DNA of 64,000 nt from an uncultured Gaiellaceae bacterium (GTDB taxonomy: Bacteria > Actinomycetota > Thermoleophilia > Gaiellales > Gaiellaceae). The DNA is taken from contig CAVTXQ010000010.1 of the NCBI GenBank assembly GCA_963738795.1, positions 358,257 to 422,256 of the forward strand. Direction: 5' to 3'. Below, piece by piece: positions 1 to 9,035 of this stretch. A program made the translations under genes and the position numbers. The notes below the pieces were generated by a model. That model did not search any database. It worked only from the letters and a program-made list of their open reading frames with translations, and had not been told where the DNA came from. How positions within the stretch are numbered: the first letter of the stretch is position 1; each line of letters starts with the position of its first letter.

Positions 1-664
1 ACTCGGCCGACGAGAAGCGCATGCCCGTCAAGTCACTCGGTCGCGATCGCACCCCCGCAGAGGATCGTGCGGACCTCGCGCAAGAGGACACGGTCATAGG
101 CATCGGCCGTTCCGTCGTCAAGCCTGCCGACGAGTCAGCTCGGCTGGCCCGCGCTGGACGACGACCTCACGCCGGACAGACGCCCAGCTCGCCGCAGCGG
201 CACCTCGCGGGCCAAGGCGACGACCGGATCGCGTCACTACGGGTGCTGCAAGATCTAACCCGGTAGGTGAGCCTACTGGCCGTTCGCCGGTGTCATGTCA
301 GCCGTCAGGCGTGAGAGGGTTCGGTCGGTGGGGCGAGCGCCCGTGGGCCGCACATGGGCCGCTCGCCCCATATCTCAACGACGTCGAGGGGACGCCGAAG
401 GCTGCCCGGGGCCGAGCGCCCGAGCCCCGCGCAACACTCCCCGAAACCCTGGCCGGACCTACCCGGACAAAGATGGCATGTTGTCGCTAGCGGCACGGCG
501 GGTTCGAGGAGGCAGGCGGCACCTCCTCGAGCCTGCAGCTTCGTTGGCGTGCAGCGGAGCGCGAGTTCGGCCGGTGGAGCCGGCGCGCTTAGCGCGCCGC
601 AGCCCCGGTCGATGGACCCACTTGGGTCACTGACCCTGCCGGTGGCGTTCGTCAGACTCTGCCC

Positions 665-1186
665 GTGGGACTCGCTCAAGAATTCGTCATATCGCCGCTC
701 GCTGGTGTCATGGTCGGCGCTGCCGCGACCGCAATCGGCGGGTTCTTCGCGAACCGGTCACTACAGCAGTCAAGACAGCACCATGAACTCCTTGCGATCA
801 GCAACGAGCGGTTGTTCTCCGCGGCCCTCGATTTCTCCCAAACCAGCCGGGAGATGTGGCACCTCGCTTGCGAGACGTCGCGAAGAGGACAGCCGGGGTT
901 TGACGCGGAGCTCGAGGCTTGTCATGCCAAGTTACGCGCGCTGTATGCCCGCATTCGTCTCGTCGGCGACGCTGCCGTTCAGGAGTCCGCGCGCCTGATC
1001 GTTCGCGAAGCCTACGCTGCCAGGAGCGTGACCACCGGAGGTGAGGATCCGCGCCCCGTCGCCACTGGAGATAACCCACAGAAGCGGCTGAATCTCGAAT
1101 TGAGGGAATTCCTCACCGCGGCACGCCACCAGCTCGACACTGCGGATCCCGGCGCTGTCCCTTCGCTCGACGTGGACGACGACTAG
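665..1186 (+). CDS. hypothetical protein with N-terminal transmembrane helix
   Basis: 173-aa track ORF. It has an N-terminal hydrophobic segment (PLAGVMVGAAATAIGGFFA) followed by a helical region. Many A/T-ending codons, unlike most of the window. No family recognised. Confidence 0.4.
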   Translation: MGLAQEFVISPLAGVMVGAAATAIGGFFANRSLQQSRQHHELLAISNERLFSAALDFSQTSREMWHLACETSRRGQPGFDAELEACHAKLRALYARIRLVGDAAVQESARLIVREAYAARSVTTGGEDPRPVATGDNPQKRLNLELREFLTAARHQLDTADPGAVPSLDVDDD

Positions 1187-2191
1187 AGCGCTAGAGGGCC
1201 GAGCCGCAAAGGCTGAGGAGGCCGCCGCCGCATCACCGCGAGAATCGGCGTAGGTTTGCTCTACGACGTCCGCGCGAAGCACGACAACGGCAACACGCGC
1301 CGCTTTGCCCGAAGCGAGCAGACCGAGACGAGGCGAGATCGCGCCGCTCGAACCGTGGGACCCAGACCCGGAGCCGCAGCCCTCGTACACGGACGACGAC
1401 GGCTGGACGTACTACGAGTGCGGCGACGGCGAGGACTGTCGGCGACCGTCTAGCCGAGCTCGCGATGCGGCTCGCCCTACGAAGGATCCGGATGACCGGA
1501 TACACGGCATTGCTGGCGCGGCTCGAGGACGTCACCACACCCCCGTGGGCGTCGGTGTTCGAGGCAGTCATGGCGGTCGACGTGGAGACGGCCGCGTGAA
1601 CACCCCATGGGGCACACTGAACACCCCCGTGGGGCAAGGTCGACTGGAGGGCGGAGCGGGTACTGGAGGGCTGAGCGCCATCGGTACCCCCGTCCCGGCG
1701 CTCAAGCCCTCCTGCCCTTACCGGGGCCGCCCGGTGTGGGCTAGTTCGAGTGCGCGGGTGCAGGACGCTCGACAGACCCCAGAAGATCCTCGCGGCATCC
1801 GGTTCGCTCACCCGCGCTTCCTCGAACTCCCTGGTTATCCCCAACCGTCCGCGGCTGGAAACCGGATGCGACCGTGAGCGAGCGGCCGGCGGCGTCGGTG
1901 CTGCTCGAAACCCCCGGTGCCCTGCTGTGCGGTCGCACTTGCGCGAGCTCGGCCTCGAGCGTCGTGCGGTCGACGCGGTGTTCCGCGCGCTCGACGTCGT
2001 CGTGCTGCCTGGCTACAGCCGACCGCTCGTTCGCACGGAGGATTACCTCGAGCTGCTCAGGCGGTCGACGTTCTCGGACGATCGGGTGCGGGCGGCGTGA
2101 CGCTACTCGTCGATCGTACGCATGGCGTGGAAGACGGGGCCGTCGGGGCCGTCGGAGATCTCGGTCGTGAGTGCGATGGCGCCGCCGGGGG

Positions 2192-2542
2192 TCAGAAGTC
2201 GATGCCGAACAGCTGGCGACCGACGATGATCCAGACGGCATAACTCACGCCAGTGGCAACGCATGCGAGAGCGAGTGCGGGCCAGAAGTTGACCCCGCCA
2301 CGCAGCGCCGCGGGGAACACGACGAAGAACACCAGCGAAGGCAGGACGACCCAGAGAATCGACCAAGAGAGCGACGCGACCTCGTCCGTGTCGTTCGTAT
2401 CGCGGTATAGCCAGATGGCGGCGAGGATCGACGACAGCGGCAGCGAGATGAGGATCGCCCCCATCAGCGATGATCGTCGAGCGATCTCGCTAGCGGCGGC
2501 GATGATTGCGCCCGAGAGGAGCGCTTTGAACAGCAGGTACAC
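2192..2542 (-). CDS. DUF3147-like small membrane protein
   Basis: Track ORF 2192..2596, trimmed to the in-frame GTG at 2542 (VYLLFKALLSGAIIAAASEIA...). About 116 aa with four hydrophobic helices, matching my recollection of DUF3147 proteins. Confidence 0.55.
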   Translation of the reverse strand: MYLLFKALLSGAIIAAASEIARRSSLMGAILISLPLSSILAAIWLYRDTNDTDEVASLSWSILWVVLPSLVFFVVFPAALRGGVNFWPALALACVATGVSYAVWIIVGRQLFGIDF

Positions 2543-2568
2543 GCCGCGCGATGTTACGTGGTCACACG

Positions 2569-2592
2569 GTGCTACCCCCCGTGCTATCCCCC
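2569..2592. repeat. tandem pair of 12-nt direct repeats GTGCTAYCCCCC
   Basis: GTGCTACCCCCC (2569-2580) is directly followed by GTGCTATCCCCC (2581-2592), just upstream of the proposed DUF3147 start. Confidence 0.7.
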
Positions 2593-2720
2593 GCATGAGA
2601 AAAGCGGCCGTTTGCTGGGGTGTCCGAGTCCCGTATGGGCCTTCCTCTCTAGCTTGGCTTCACGGTACCCCGCATGGTTGCGTGGGTCAGGCGTGTCATG
2701 GGGTCTCGGATGTCCGGGCC

Positions 2721-2742
2721 GTGCTATCCCCGTGCTATCCCC
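2721..2742. repeat. second tandem pair of the GTGCTATCCCC repeat
   Basis: GTGCTATCCCC at 2721-2731 and again at 2732-2742, about 130 bp from the first pair. Confidence 0.7.
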
Positions 2743-2760
2743 GGCGTCGGGCAGGTGATT

Positions 2761-2787
2761 GACGAAGGGGGCTTTTGCCCCCTCGTC
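2761..2787 (-). terminator. GC-rich hairpin downstream of the 2798..3526 gene
   Basis: gacgaagggggc-tttt-gccccctcgtc forms an 11-12 bp stem with one bulge, 11 nt after the minus-strand stop codon. There is no clear U tract. Confidence 0.5.
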
Positions 2788-2797
2788 ATTCGCTGAG

Positions 2798-3526
2798 TTA
2801 CGGCAACTCGGTTGTCGTCCCAGCTGGGTACCGGACGAGTGTCGCGCTCGAGACACTCGTTGCCTGAAGCGTCGCGTAGAAGACCGTCGGGTTGTCGCCG
2901 CTCGGGCTCCCCGGCACCTCGGGAACCTCCGCCTGCCAACACTCCAGCGTCACGGTTCCGCCGCCGGCCGGAATGCTCAGGACACCGCTGCCCGACACGG
3001 TGTTTCGCTTGATATGGCCCGGGGCGTCACCCAGGGTCGTTCGCGTGAAGATTCTGAACACGGGGCCATTGAGCACCCAACAGAGGAAGTCGCCGTTTCC
3101 GAATCCCTTCCGGACCGCGACCGTGGCGTCTGCCATGTAAATGCCCTGAGGCAGGTGCATCGCCAGGATGTGTGTGCCATTCGCTTCCGGGAGCCCGATC
3201 GGGCCGGTACCGACGACGGTGACCTCGACCTCGTCCGGCGTTGCCCTAAGGACGCGGTACCCGCGCACGGTCTCACCTGCCGGTCCCTGAGCCCCAGGCG
3301 GTCCCTGAACGCCCTGCTGGTTCCAGTTCACCGCATTCTCGGACGCGCGACAGGTCTGCCCTGCCTCGGCGTCGATGATCCTCACGATCCCCGAGCCCTT
3401 GCCATAGCACGCTGCGATCGTGCCGTCGTCACCTGGTATCGCCGCATACGCTGCCGCGCCCGTGACAACGGCGGCAACAATCGCCAGCGCCGCCCATGGG
3501 CGAGCCCTGCGAGACAAGACCCTCAT
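2798..3526 (-). CDS. secreted hypothetical protein with a short collagen-like G-x-y run
   Basis: 242-aa track ORF. Signal-peptide-like N-terminus (RARPWAALAIVAAVVTGAAAYA) and the run GVQGPPGAQGPAGE. No family recognised. Confidence 0.65.
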   Translation of the reverse strand: MRVLSRRARPWAALAIVAAVVTGAAAYAAIPGDDGTIAACYGKGSGIVRIIDAEAGQTCRASENAVNWNQQGVQGPPGAQGPAGETVRGYRVLRATPDEVEVTVVGTGPIGLPEANGTHILAMHLPQGIYMADATVAVRKGFGNGDFLCWVLNGPVFRIFTRTTLGDAPGHIKRNTVSGSGVLSIPAGGGTVTLECWQAEVPEVPGSPSGDNPTVFYATLQATSVSSATLVRYPAGTTTELP

Positions 3527-3960
3527 TTGTGCCCTCCTGACCTAACGCGAGACGCCAATCCCCGCTTGCAGAGAGTCTGCGCCTCGACAACTCAGACTTC
3601 AACCGTTCGAACTGGCTCGGCCGTCTCGCGCTCGAGTGGGCCGAACTCTCCCTGGACGACGCGCAGCTCGCCGCGGCTGCGCTTCAGGCGCTGCCGCGCC
3701 ACCCTGACTCGGCGTTGCGCGGCTCACCGACCTGTCTCGCCCTTCGGTCAGCGGAATCGAGGGACGATCACAGCGATCATCTGCGCATGGGTGAGGGGGT
3801 CACTGAGGGCTACGTGCATGTGCTCGTTTGCGTCGAGTTTTCGCGCGTGAGCAGCGTTACGGCACGCGGTTGGCGGAGCGGCGCTCATCCGGTGACTCCC
3901 GCTGAAGCGCGCAGCGCAAGACGATTGAACCCCGAGTAGCAGAAGCGCATCATTGGAGCT

Positions 3961-4137
3961 ATGAGGGGATCCCGCTGGCGCTGCTTCTGGCGGTGGCCAA
4001 TCGGCCATCAGTGGGAACACATCGTTGAAGGCCGGTCGGCCCACAAGCGTTGCCGCGACTGCGGCAAGCAGAAGGGTCATTGGTCCCCCGACTCACGCGA
4101 CTTCCCAAGCCACTTGTCCGGGGGCGGCGGCGACTAA
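3961..4137 (+). CDS. 58-aa Cys/His/Trp-rich small protein (possible zinc-ribbon), below the ORF-track size cut-off
   Basis: My own translation from the ATG at 3961 to the TAA at 4135-4137: MRGSRWRCFWRWPIGHQWEHIVEGRSAHKRCRDCGKQKGHWSPDSRDFPSHLSGGGGD. The G-H-x-W ... C-R-D-C-G pattern resembles small DUF1660-type proteins. Confidence 0.35.
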   Translation: MRGSRWRCFWRWPIGHQWEHIVEGRSAHKRCRDCGKQKGHWSPDSRDFPSHLSGGGGD

Positions 4138-4269
4138 CTCCCGAAGCACCGTCGAGAGGCCGACAGGTCACACCGCGCGCGTGAGCTTTCCCGCCGCTCG
4201 AACGTCGGTCGACCCCCGGCCGTAGCTCAGCGCCGCTCATCGGCTTTCTTCCTGCCTTGTGCTCTTAGC

Positions 4270-4293
4270 TCATCGAGTTTCCGGCGAAGCGGT
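4270..4293. repeat. 24-nt box tcatcgagtttccggcgaagcggt, copy A
   Basis: Identical 24-mer to 5260-5283. Lies about 140 nt downstream of the stop of the 4430..4919 gene. Confidence 0.75.
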
Positions 4294-4317
4294 TCCGGCA
4301 CCTCGGTCTCTGCGGAC

Positions 4318-4342
4318 ACGGGTTCGAATCCCGTATTGCGAG
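4318..4342 (+). other. tRNA T-arm/acceptor-like fragment (not a complete tRNA)
   Basis: ACGGG-TTCGAAT-CCCGT is a perfect 5-bp T-stem with the canonical T-loop (GGTTCGAATCC core), followed by 7 nt (attgcga). I could not fold a matching 5' acceptor strand, D-arm or anticodon arm upstream. Confidence 0.3.
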
Positions 4343-4429
4343 AGGTCGCCCGCCTCGGGCAGCAGAAGAGAGGCCCGTGTACTGCGGGGGCAGCGCTGCT
4401 GCTGCCCCCGCAAGCCCCGAACGGGTCCG

Positions 4430-4919
4430 TCAGCCGATTGCCTCGAGCGCGTCGCAGAACACGGCGTCGCCCTGCTCGAAGATGTCGTGCGGGCCGTGGA
4501 CCACCACGCCGCCCGGCGAGAAGACGATCTTGCCGACGTCGTGGAACAGCACTCCGAGACCGGGGTAGGTCTGCTTGAAGACTTGGCCCAAGTTCGCCTC
4601 GGTGTCTGTCGCGTAGTCGTACTTGATCGTAAAGCTCCCCGTCCCCGTCATCGAAACGGACGGGTCGTCGGAGCGCCAGTTCGTCTCCACCCGCTTGAAG
4701 TGCACGATGTCCGCGACCGGGTTCCCGGCCTTGTCGAACGTCGTCATCCCTGAGAGTCTCGATCGACCCTTCCCATACGTTGTCGAACCCGCCGCACGGG
4801 GCAGAGCCGGAGTACGTGAACGAGTCCGTGAACCGTTCCGGCGGCTTCGCGGAGGCCGCGCCGGCGAGCATCAGCGCGACACCGCAGGTCGCAGCGGCTG
4901 ATGCTAGGAGTCCCTTCAT
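4430..4919 (-). CDS. secreted hypothetical protein, paralogue of 5443..5907; frame broken near 4750
   Basis: The signal-peptide part (MKGLLASAAATCGVALMLAGAASAKPPERF..., in the frame of track ORF 4227..5024, ATG at 4919 preceded by GGGAAGG) continues into track ORF 4430..4747 (TTFDKAGNPV...CDALEAIG). It has the same size and layout as the neighbouring intact paralogue. Confidence 0.55.
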
Positions 4920-5259
4920 GTCCTTCCCTTCATCTGACCCCATTTCCCACCCCGCGCGGCCACCGTCGCACACCCGCGCAGTCGAGGTCAAGCCAGGCCC
5001 GGACTGAATCAAAGGCCGCCCCACGCGCGGTCTGAAACCGAGTCAGACCCAACTCGCGAATCGAGCGGAGCGTCTTCGCTGCGGTCAGCGGGGCGTCTCT
5101 CAGCGCGCGACGAGCCCGACGGCCGTCGCTCCGCCGCAAGCCACCGGGCCGATCCAGCACACCTCGTAGAAGAGCGGGACACGCGAGAACAATCAGGAGG
5201 GCCCACCCTCGCGGTGGGCCCTCCTCTCGTGCAGGGTGGCTGCGGTTCGACCCGTCAGT

Positions 5260-5283
5260 TCATCGAGTTTCCGGCGAAGCGGT
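5260..5283. repeat. 24-nt box tcatcgagtttccggcgaagcggt, copy B
   Basis: Identical 24-mer to 4270-4293. Lies about 160 nt downstream of the stop of the 5443..5907 gene. Confidence 0.75.
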
Positions 5284-5442
5284 GCCGCGCAAGCGCGTGC
5301 CTGCATGCTTCGGTGATACCCCGAGCCGGCTTCGCGCTGACGATGCCAGTTAGGACAAGCGCGGGACGGGCAGGTCGACGGCCACCCTGGCACGGCACCG
5401 CCCCCATCTCAAACCCGGGAGGGGGCGGCGCCGCGCCGGCGG

Positions 5443-5907
5443 CTACGCGGTCAGCCTGGCGCAGACGCGCGTGGTGTCGTACCCGGCGCTGGGCTCATGC
5501 AAGACCTCGCCGGTCTCCGGATCGATCTTCAGCACGCCTTTGAAGTCGAACGGGACCTGGCCGATGATGCTCAGGATCAGCTGGCCGTCAGGCGTGATCC
5601 GCACATGGTCCGCGCCGACGTCGCGGAACCGCGCAGTGTTGTCACCCGCCGTGGCCGTGAGTGTGAAGTTGACATTGTTGACGGCGAGAGTGCCCTTCGT
5701 GCGGTCGAACTCACGCAGACGAACCCTGCCGACGATGTGCGTCGTGACGTCGACGCCGCATTCCTCAGTGAGGAACGTGTCAGCAATCGTCTCGTCGATC
5801 TCGATCACCTCGACGGTCGGCTTTCCCGCGTTCGCGATTCCTACCAAGGGAAACGCGACGATCGACAGAGCTGCCACGACGAGGGTGAAACCACGACGCT
5901 GGCTCAT
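5443..5907 (-). CDS. secreted hypothetical protein
   Basis: Track ORF 5443..6003, trimmed to the ATG at 5907 preceded by AAAGGAG. Signal peptide MSQRRGFTLVVAALSIVAFPLVGIANA. 154 aa, with two Cys residues like its paralogue. Confidence 0.65.
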   Translation of the reverse strand: MSQRRGFTLVVAALSIVAFPLVGIANAGKPTVEVIEIDETIADTFLTEECGVDVTTHIVGRVRLREFDRTKGTLAVNNVNFTLTATAGDNTARFRDVGADHVRITPDGQLILSIIGQVPFDFKGVLKIDPETGEVLHEPSAGYDTTRVCARLTA

Positions 5908-6239
5908 GGAGTCTCCTTTCAGAACCTCTAGCGAATCCTTGTAAGAGGTCGGGGCCTCCCCCTTGCGAGCGCTCCGCCTCTCCCGCAGTCGCGCGAGCAT
6001 CACCCGAACGCAGCGCGCGAGTCAAGCCCGGCGGCCCGGCGCGTGCACTAAAGTCAGCGCAATTGCGTCATAGCGGCAGCCGTCGCGGCGTCGGTACCTT
6101 CGCGCCGAGGACGTGAGGCGGCGCCGTCTTCTTGCGACGGGCCCGCGTTCGCGTATCGCCCCCACGTGCGCGAGCGCGGGTCCGTACGCACTCCGACGCA
6201 GCGGCGCGGCCGTCCGAAAGCTCGGCTACCCTGCCGCAC

Positions 6240-6629
6240 ATGCGGCGTTGGACTTCGACCCTCGTGGTCGTCGTATCTGTGGGTCTCTTGTTTGCGGTCG
6301 GTCATGCATCGGCGGTCGACACGCGCCTGAACGTGGCGGAGAAGTGCTCGTTCAGCCTCCTCCCCGACGACGGCCTGATGCTGACCACGACGTTCACCGT
6401 GACGAATGCCCGCCACGGGCGTCCCGCCTCCGTTCGCATCGTCGCCGGGTGGAACATCGGCGGTCGCTACCTCAAGGCCGGCTCACCGACGAACGTTCGG
6501 CTAGGGCCGGGCCGGTCGGCTCAGCGGGTCGTCAAACGGACGGTGCTCCACGCGCCGGCGCTGTGGAAGAGCCTGCGCGACGACGCGCGCTTCAACTGCG
6601 CGTCGACGAAGACGTACACGATCGGCTAG
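6240..6629 (+). CDS. secreted hypothetical protein
   Basis: Track ORF 6132..6629, trimmed to the ATG at 6240 (MRRWTSTLVVVVSVGLLFAVGHASA...). The rest looks beta-rich. No family recognised. Confidence 0.55.
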   Translation: MRRWTSTLVVVVSVGLLFAVGHASAVDTRLNVAEKCSFSLLPDDGLMLTTTFTVTNARHGRPASVRIVAGWNIGGRYLKAGSPTNVRLGPGRSAQRVVKRTVLHAPALWKSLRDDARFNCASTKTYTIG

Positions 6630-6633
6630 CGCG

Positions 6634-6849
6634 TCAGTCGAGCACGCGCGTCACGACCTGCTCGTGCGACGCGCGCCACACCTGCAGCAGCAAGTCGAGC
6701 TCGAGCCGCCGCTCCGGCGCGCTCTTCGAGCCGAGGAGCGACACTTCGATTTCGTCCGGCGCGACCTGTTCGGCCACGGTATGAACGCGCTCGCGCAGGA
6801 AGACGAGCAGGCTCGGAACGAGTTCTGGGTCGCTGAGATGGATGCGCAT
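6634..6849 (-). CDS. small hypothetical protein (71 aa)
   Basis: Track ORF 6634..6966, trimmed to the ATG at 6849 (MRIHLSDPELVPSLLVFLRERV...). Lies downstream of the MEDS gene on the same strand. Confidence 0.35.
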   Translation of the reverse strand: MRIHLSDPELVPSLLVFLRERVHTVAEQVAPDEIEVSLLGSKSAPERRLELDLLLQVWRASHEQVVTRVLD

Positions 6850-7027
6850 AGCCGCAGGAGACGCGCCGTCTCTCACCGACCGTAGGCGCATTCGGCTGCC
6901 GGCGCCATGCCTCGAATGGGCAGTTACGGGGATGGACGCCGACGCGGCGGCCCGGCCGGCGTCCATCCCGCCGCGCGCACCCTCTCATGTCGCCCAGCCT
7001 GGCGACAACCAAACAATTGGCCAGCTT

Positions 7028-7816
7028 TCAGGCAGCGGGACGAACGTAGTGTGTCCGGGCCGAGGCGAGGATCTGGCTCGACTGCAGCGGCAGGTTCTCG
7101 CTCACCCACATCAGGATCGACTGCGCGAGCGGAACCTGATCGTGGTCCGGCTCCCGCGAGACGAGGACGTACACCGTCGCGGCCTGGTTCGGGCCGAGCA
7201 CCTCGCGCAGCGCGTTGTCGACCGCCCGGGCGAAGCGCGGGTAGTTCTGCGCCGGCAGGACATGAGAGTGCTCGCGGCAGATGTGCGGCAGCGTCTCGGT
7301 CTGCGTTCCGGGATCGAAGACGTCGAGGCGGTAGCCGCAGAGGAGCGAGAACCGGCGCTTCAGCGCGAGCTCGTTCCAGAGCCGCTCGAGCTCGTCTGCG
7401 GCGCCCGGCCGGCCGCTGCGCGAGAGCACGTCGACCATCTCGCCGAACACCCGCGCCGGGCGCTCGGGCCGGTCGCGCTGCACCCGGTCGAGCAGCTCGC
7501 CGACGACGCGCTCGAACCGCTCGCGGTCGGGCCGGTCCGAGTCGAGGATCGTCGGGAGCGTCTCCTCGGCGTCCGCGACGACCAGCAGGCCCGCGCCCTG
7601 CGCGTCGCCGAGCGGCCACCCGCGCGACCCGAGCCGATCGGCGAAGAGGGTCAGATGCTCCGGTGTGGCGACGAGGATTCCGGGCTGGTCCCGCTCGAAT
7701 CCGGCGGCGAGGTACGCGGCGACCGACTCTGCGAGCTCGGCTGCGTCGCCGTAGACCTGGACGCCGTGCGACCGGGCGCTTGCGCCTTTGAGGAAGTCGC
7801 CCCAGGACTGTCGCAT
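7028..7816 (-). CDS. MEDS-domain protein
   Basis: Track ORF 7028..7975, trimmed to the ATG at 7816. The opening HGVQVYGDAAELAESVAAYLAAGFERDQPGILVATPEH matches the MEDS (DcmR-like sensory) domain as I recall it. Confidence 0.6.
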   Translation of the reverse strand: MRQSWGDFLKGASARSHGVQVYGDAAELAESVAAYLAAGFERDQPGILVATPEHLTLFADRLGSRGWPLGDAQGAGLLVVADAEETLPTILDSDRPDRERFERVVGELLDRVQRDRPERPARVFGEMVDVLSRSGRPGAADELERLWNELALKRRFSLLCGYRLDVFDPGTQTETLPHICREHSHVLPAQNYPRFARAVDNALREVLGPNQAATVYVLVSREPDHDQVPLAQSILMWVSENLPLQSSQILASARTHYVRPAA

Positions 7817-8039
7817 CGGCCAAGTGTAGAACGGCGCGGCCGTTTTGCGGTAACCACTTCTTAACGCGGCGACCCCCGAAAAGGGGACTCGTGGCTCACC
7901 GCTTCGGGGCACAGTGAATGTGGGCGCGCCCTGCGACCGAGCCGCCCGAGTGACCCCCCGGTCCCCCGGAGGCACTCGTGGTCAACGATCGCACCTGTGG
8001 GAGTGCCGCAGCTCCTGCTGGGCGCGCCCCGTACGTTTT

Positions 8040-9035
8040 CTAGTCCGACGCGGCGGCCCGCGCGTAGATCGCGGCGAGCGCGAGGATGATCAGCCCGTAG
8101 AGCATCTGGCGAACGGCTTGCGAGGCGTTCAGGATCGTCAGCAGCGAGTCGAGCACGGTCAGGATCAGGGCACCGAGGATCGTCCCCGCGTAGCCGCCGA
8201 CGCCGCCGAAGATCGAGGTGCCGCCGATCACGACCGCCGCGACGGACGGCAGCAGAAACGGCGTCGCGATCCCGAGGTCGGCCGCGTCGTTGAAGCCGAC
8301 GAGCAGGATCCCGGCCGCGGCGCTGAGCACGCCGCAGAGCGCGTAGACCGCAAGGAGCACCTGCCAGGTCCGCACCCCGGCGAGCCGGCAGGCGGTCGCG
8401 TTGTCGCCGACCGCGTAGATCATCCGGCCGAAGCCGCTGTAGCGAAGGCCGAGGATGATCAGCGCCGAGATCGGCACCCAGACGAGCAGGCCGTAGGGGA
8501 TGTAGGTGAAGAAGCGCTCGGAGCCGAGCTTCTTGACGAGCTCGGGTGCCGGCGCGAGGAAACGCGTCTGGCTGTAGATCGTCAGCGCGCCGAGGGTCAC
8601 CGTGCTGACGCCGAGGGTCATGATCAGCGGATTGACGCGGAAGACGGCGACGCCGATCCCGTTGACGACGCCGATCCCGAGGCCGGCGAGCAGGGCCATC
8701 CCGATCGCGATCGCGGCGCCGTCGGTGGCGTAGCTCGAGATCATGAAGGCGCCCGTGGTCGCGGTGGTCGCGACCGAGAGGTCGACGCCGCCCGTCAGCA
8801 TCACGAGCGTCTGGCCCGCCGCCATCAGCCCGAGGATCGCGGCGTAGAGAAACGTCGTCGACACCTGCTTCGGCGTCAGGAACGCCTCGCCCGACTGGAC
8901 GCGGTTGACGATGTCCGTCGCGACGAAGAGGCCGACGAAGACGAGCGTCAGCACGGCGACCGGGTTGTCGGCGAAGAGGCGGCGAATGTCGAAACCGGTG
9001 GAGCGAGGCTCCGCGGCCTGCGGCGCCGAGCTCAC
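8040..9035 (-). CDS. sugar ABC transporter permease (RbsC/AraH family)
   Basis: 331-aa polytopic membrane ORF with a 4-nt overlap to the upstream permease gene. Confidence 0.9.
   Translation of the reverse strand: MSSAPQAAEPRSTGFDIRRLFADNPVAVLTLVFVGLFVATDIVNRVQSGEAFLTPKQVSTTFLYAAILGLMAAGQTLVMLTGGVDLSVATTATTGAFMISSYATDGAAIAIGMALLAGLGIGVVNGIGVAVFRVNPLIMTLGVSTVTLGALTIYSQTRFLAPAPELVKKLGSERFFTYIPYGLLVWVPISALIILGLRYSGFGRMIYAVGDNATACRLAGVRTWQVLLAVYALCGVLSAAAGILLVGFNDAADLGIATPFLLPSVAAVVIGGTSIFGGVGGYAGTILGALILTVLDSLLTILNASQAVRQMLYGLIILALAAIYARAAASD

Noticed and set aside
21-266. Track ORF at the left edge as the 3' end of a recombinase or resolvase.
   Set aside because: - I recognise no catalytic or HTH motif.
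- The frame is open to the window edge, so it may be a gene tail, but I cannot support any call.
1233-1900. Possible gene in 1305..1600 (SYTDDDGWTYYECGDGEDC, then in another frame LAELAMRLALRRIRMTGYTALLARLEDVTTPPWASVFEAVMAVDVETAA).
   Set aside because: - It would need an assumed frame break.
- It has no recognisable family.
- It overlaps equally weak antisense ORFs, so it is too speculative to list as a feature.
4220-4342. A complete tRNA or tmRNA gene around the GGTTCGAATCC T-loop. Upstream, ggccgtagctcagcg also looks like a tRNA 5' end.
   Set aside because: - The 3' acceptor strand (attgcga) has no complementary 5' strand at the right distance.
- I could not build an anticodon arm or D-arm.
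- The two tRNA-like pieces are about 100 nt apart with non-tRNA sequence between them. I kept only the fragment.
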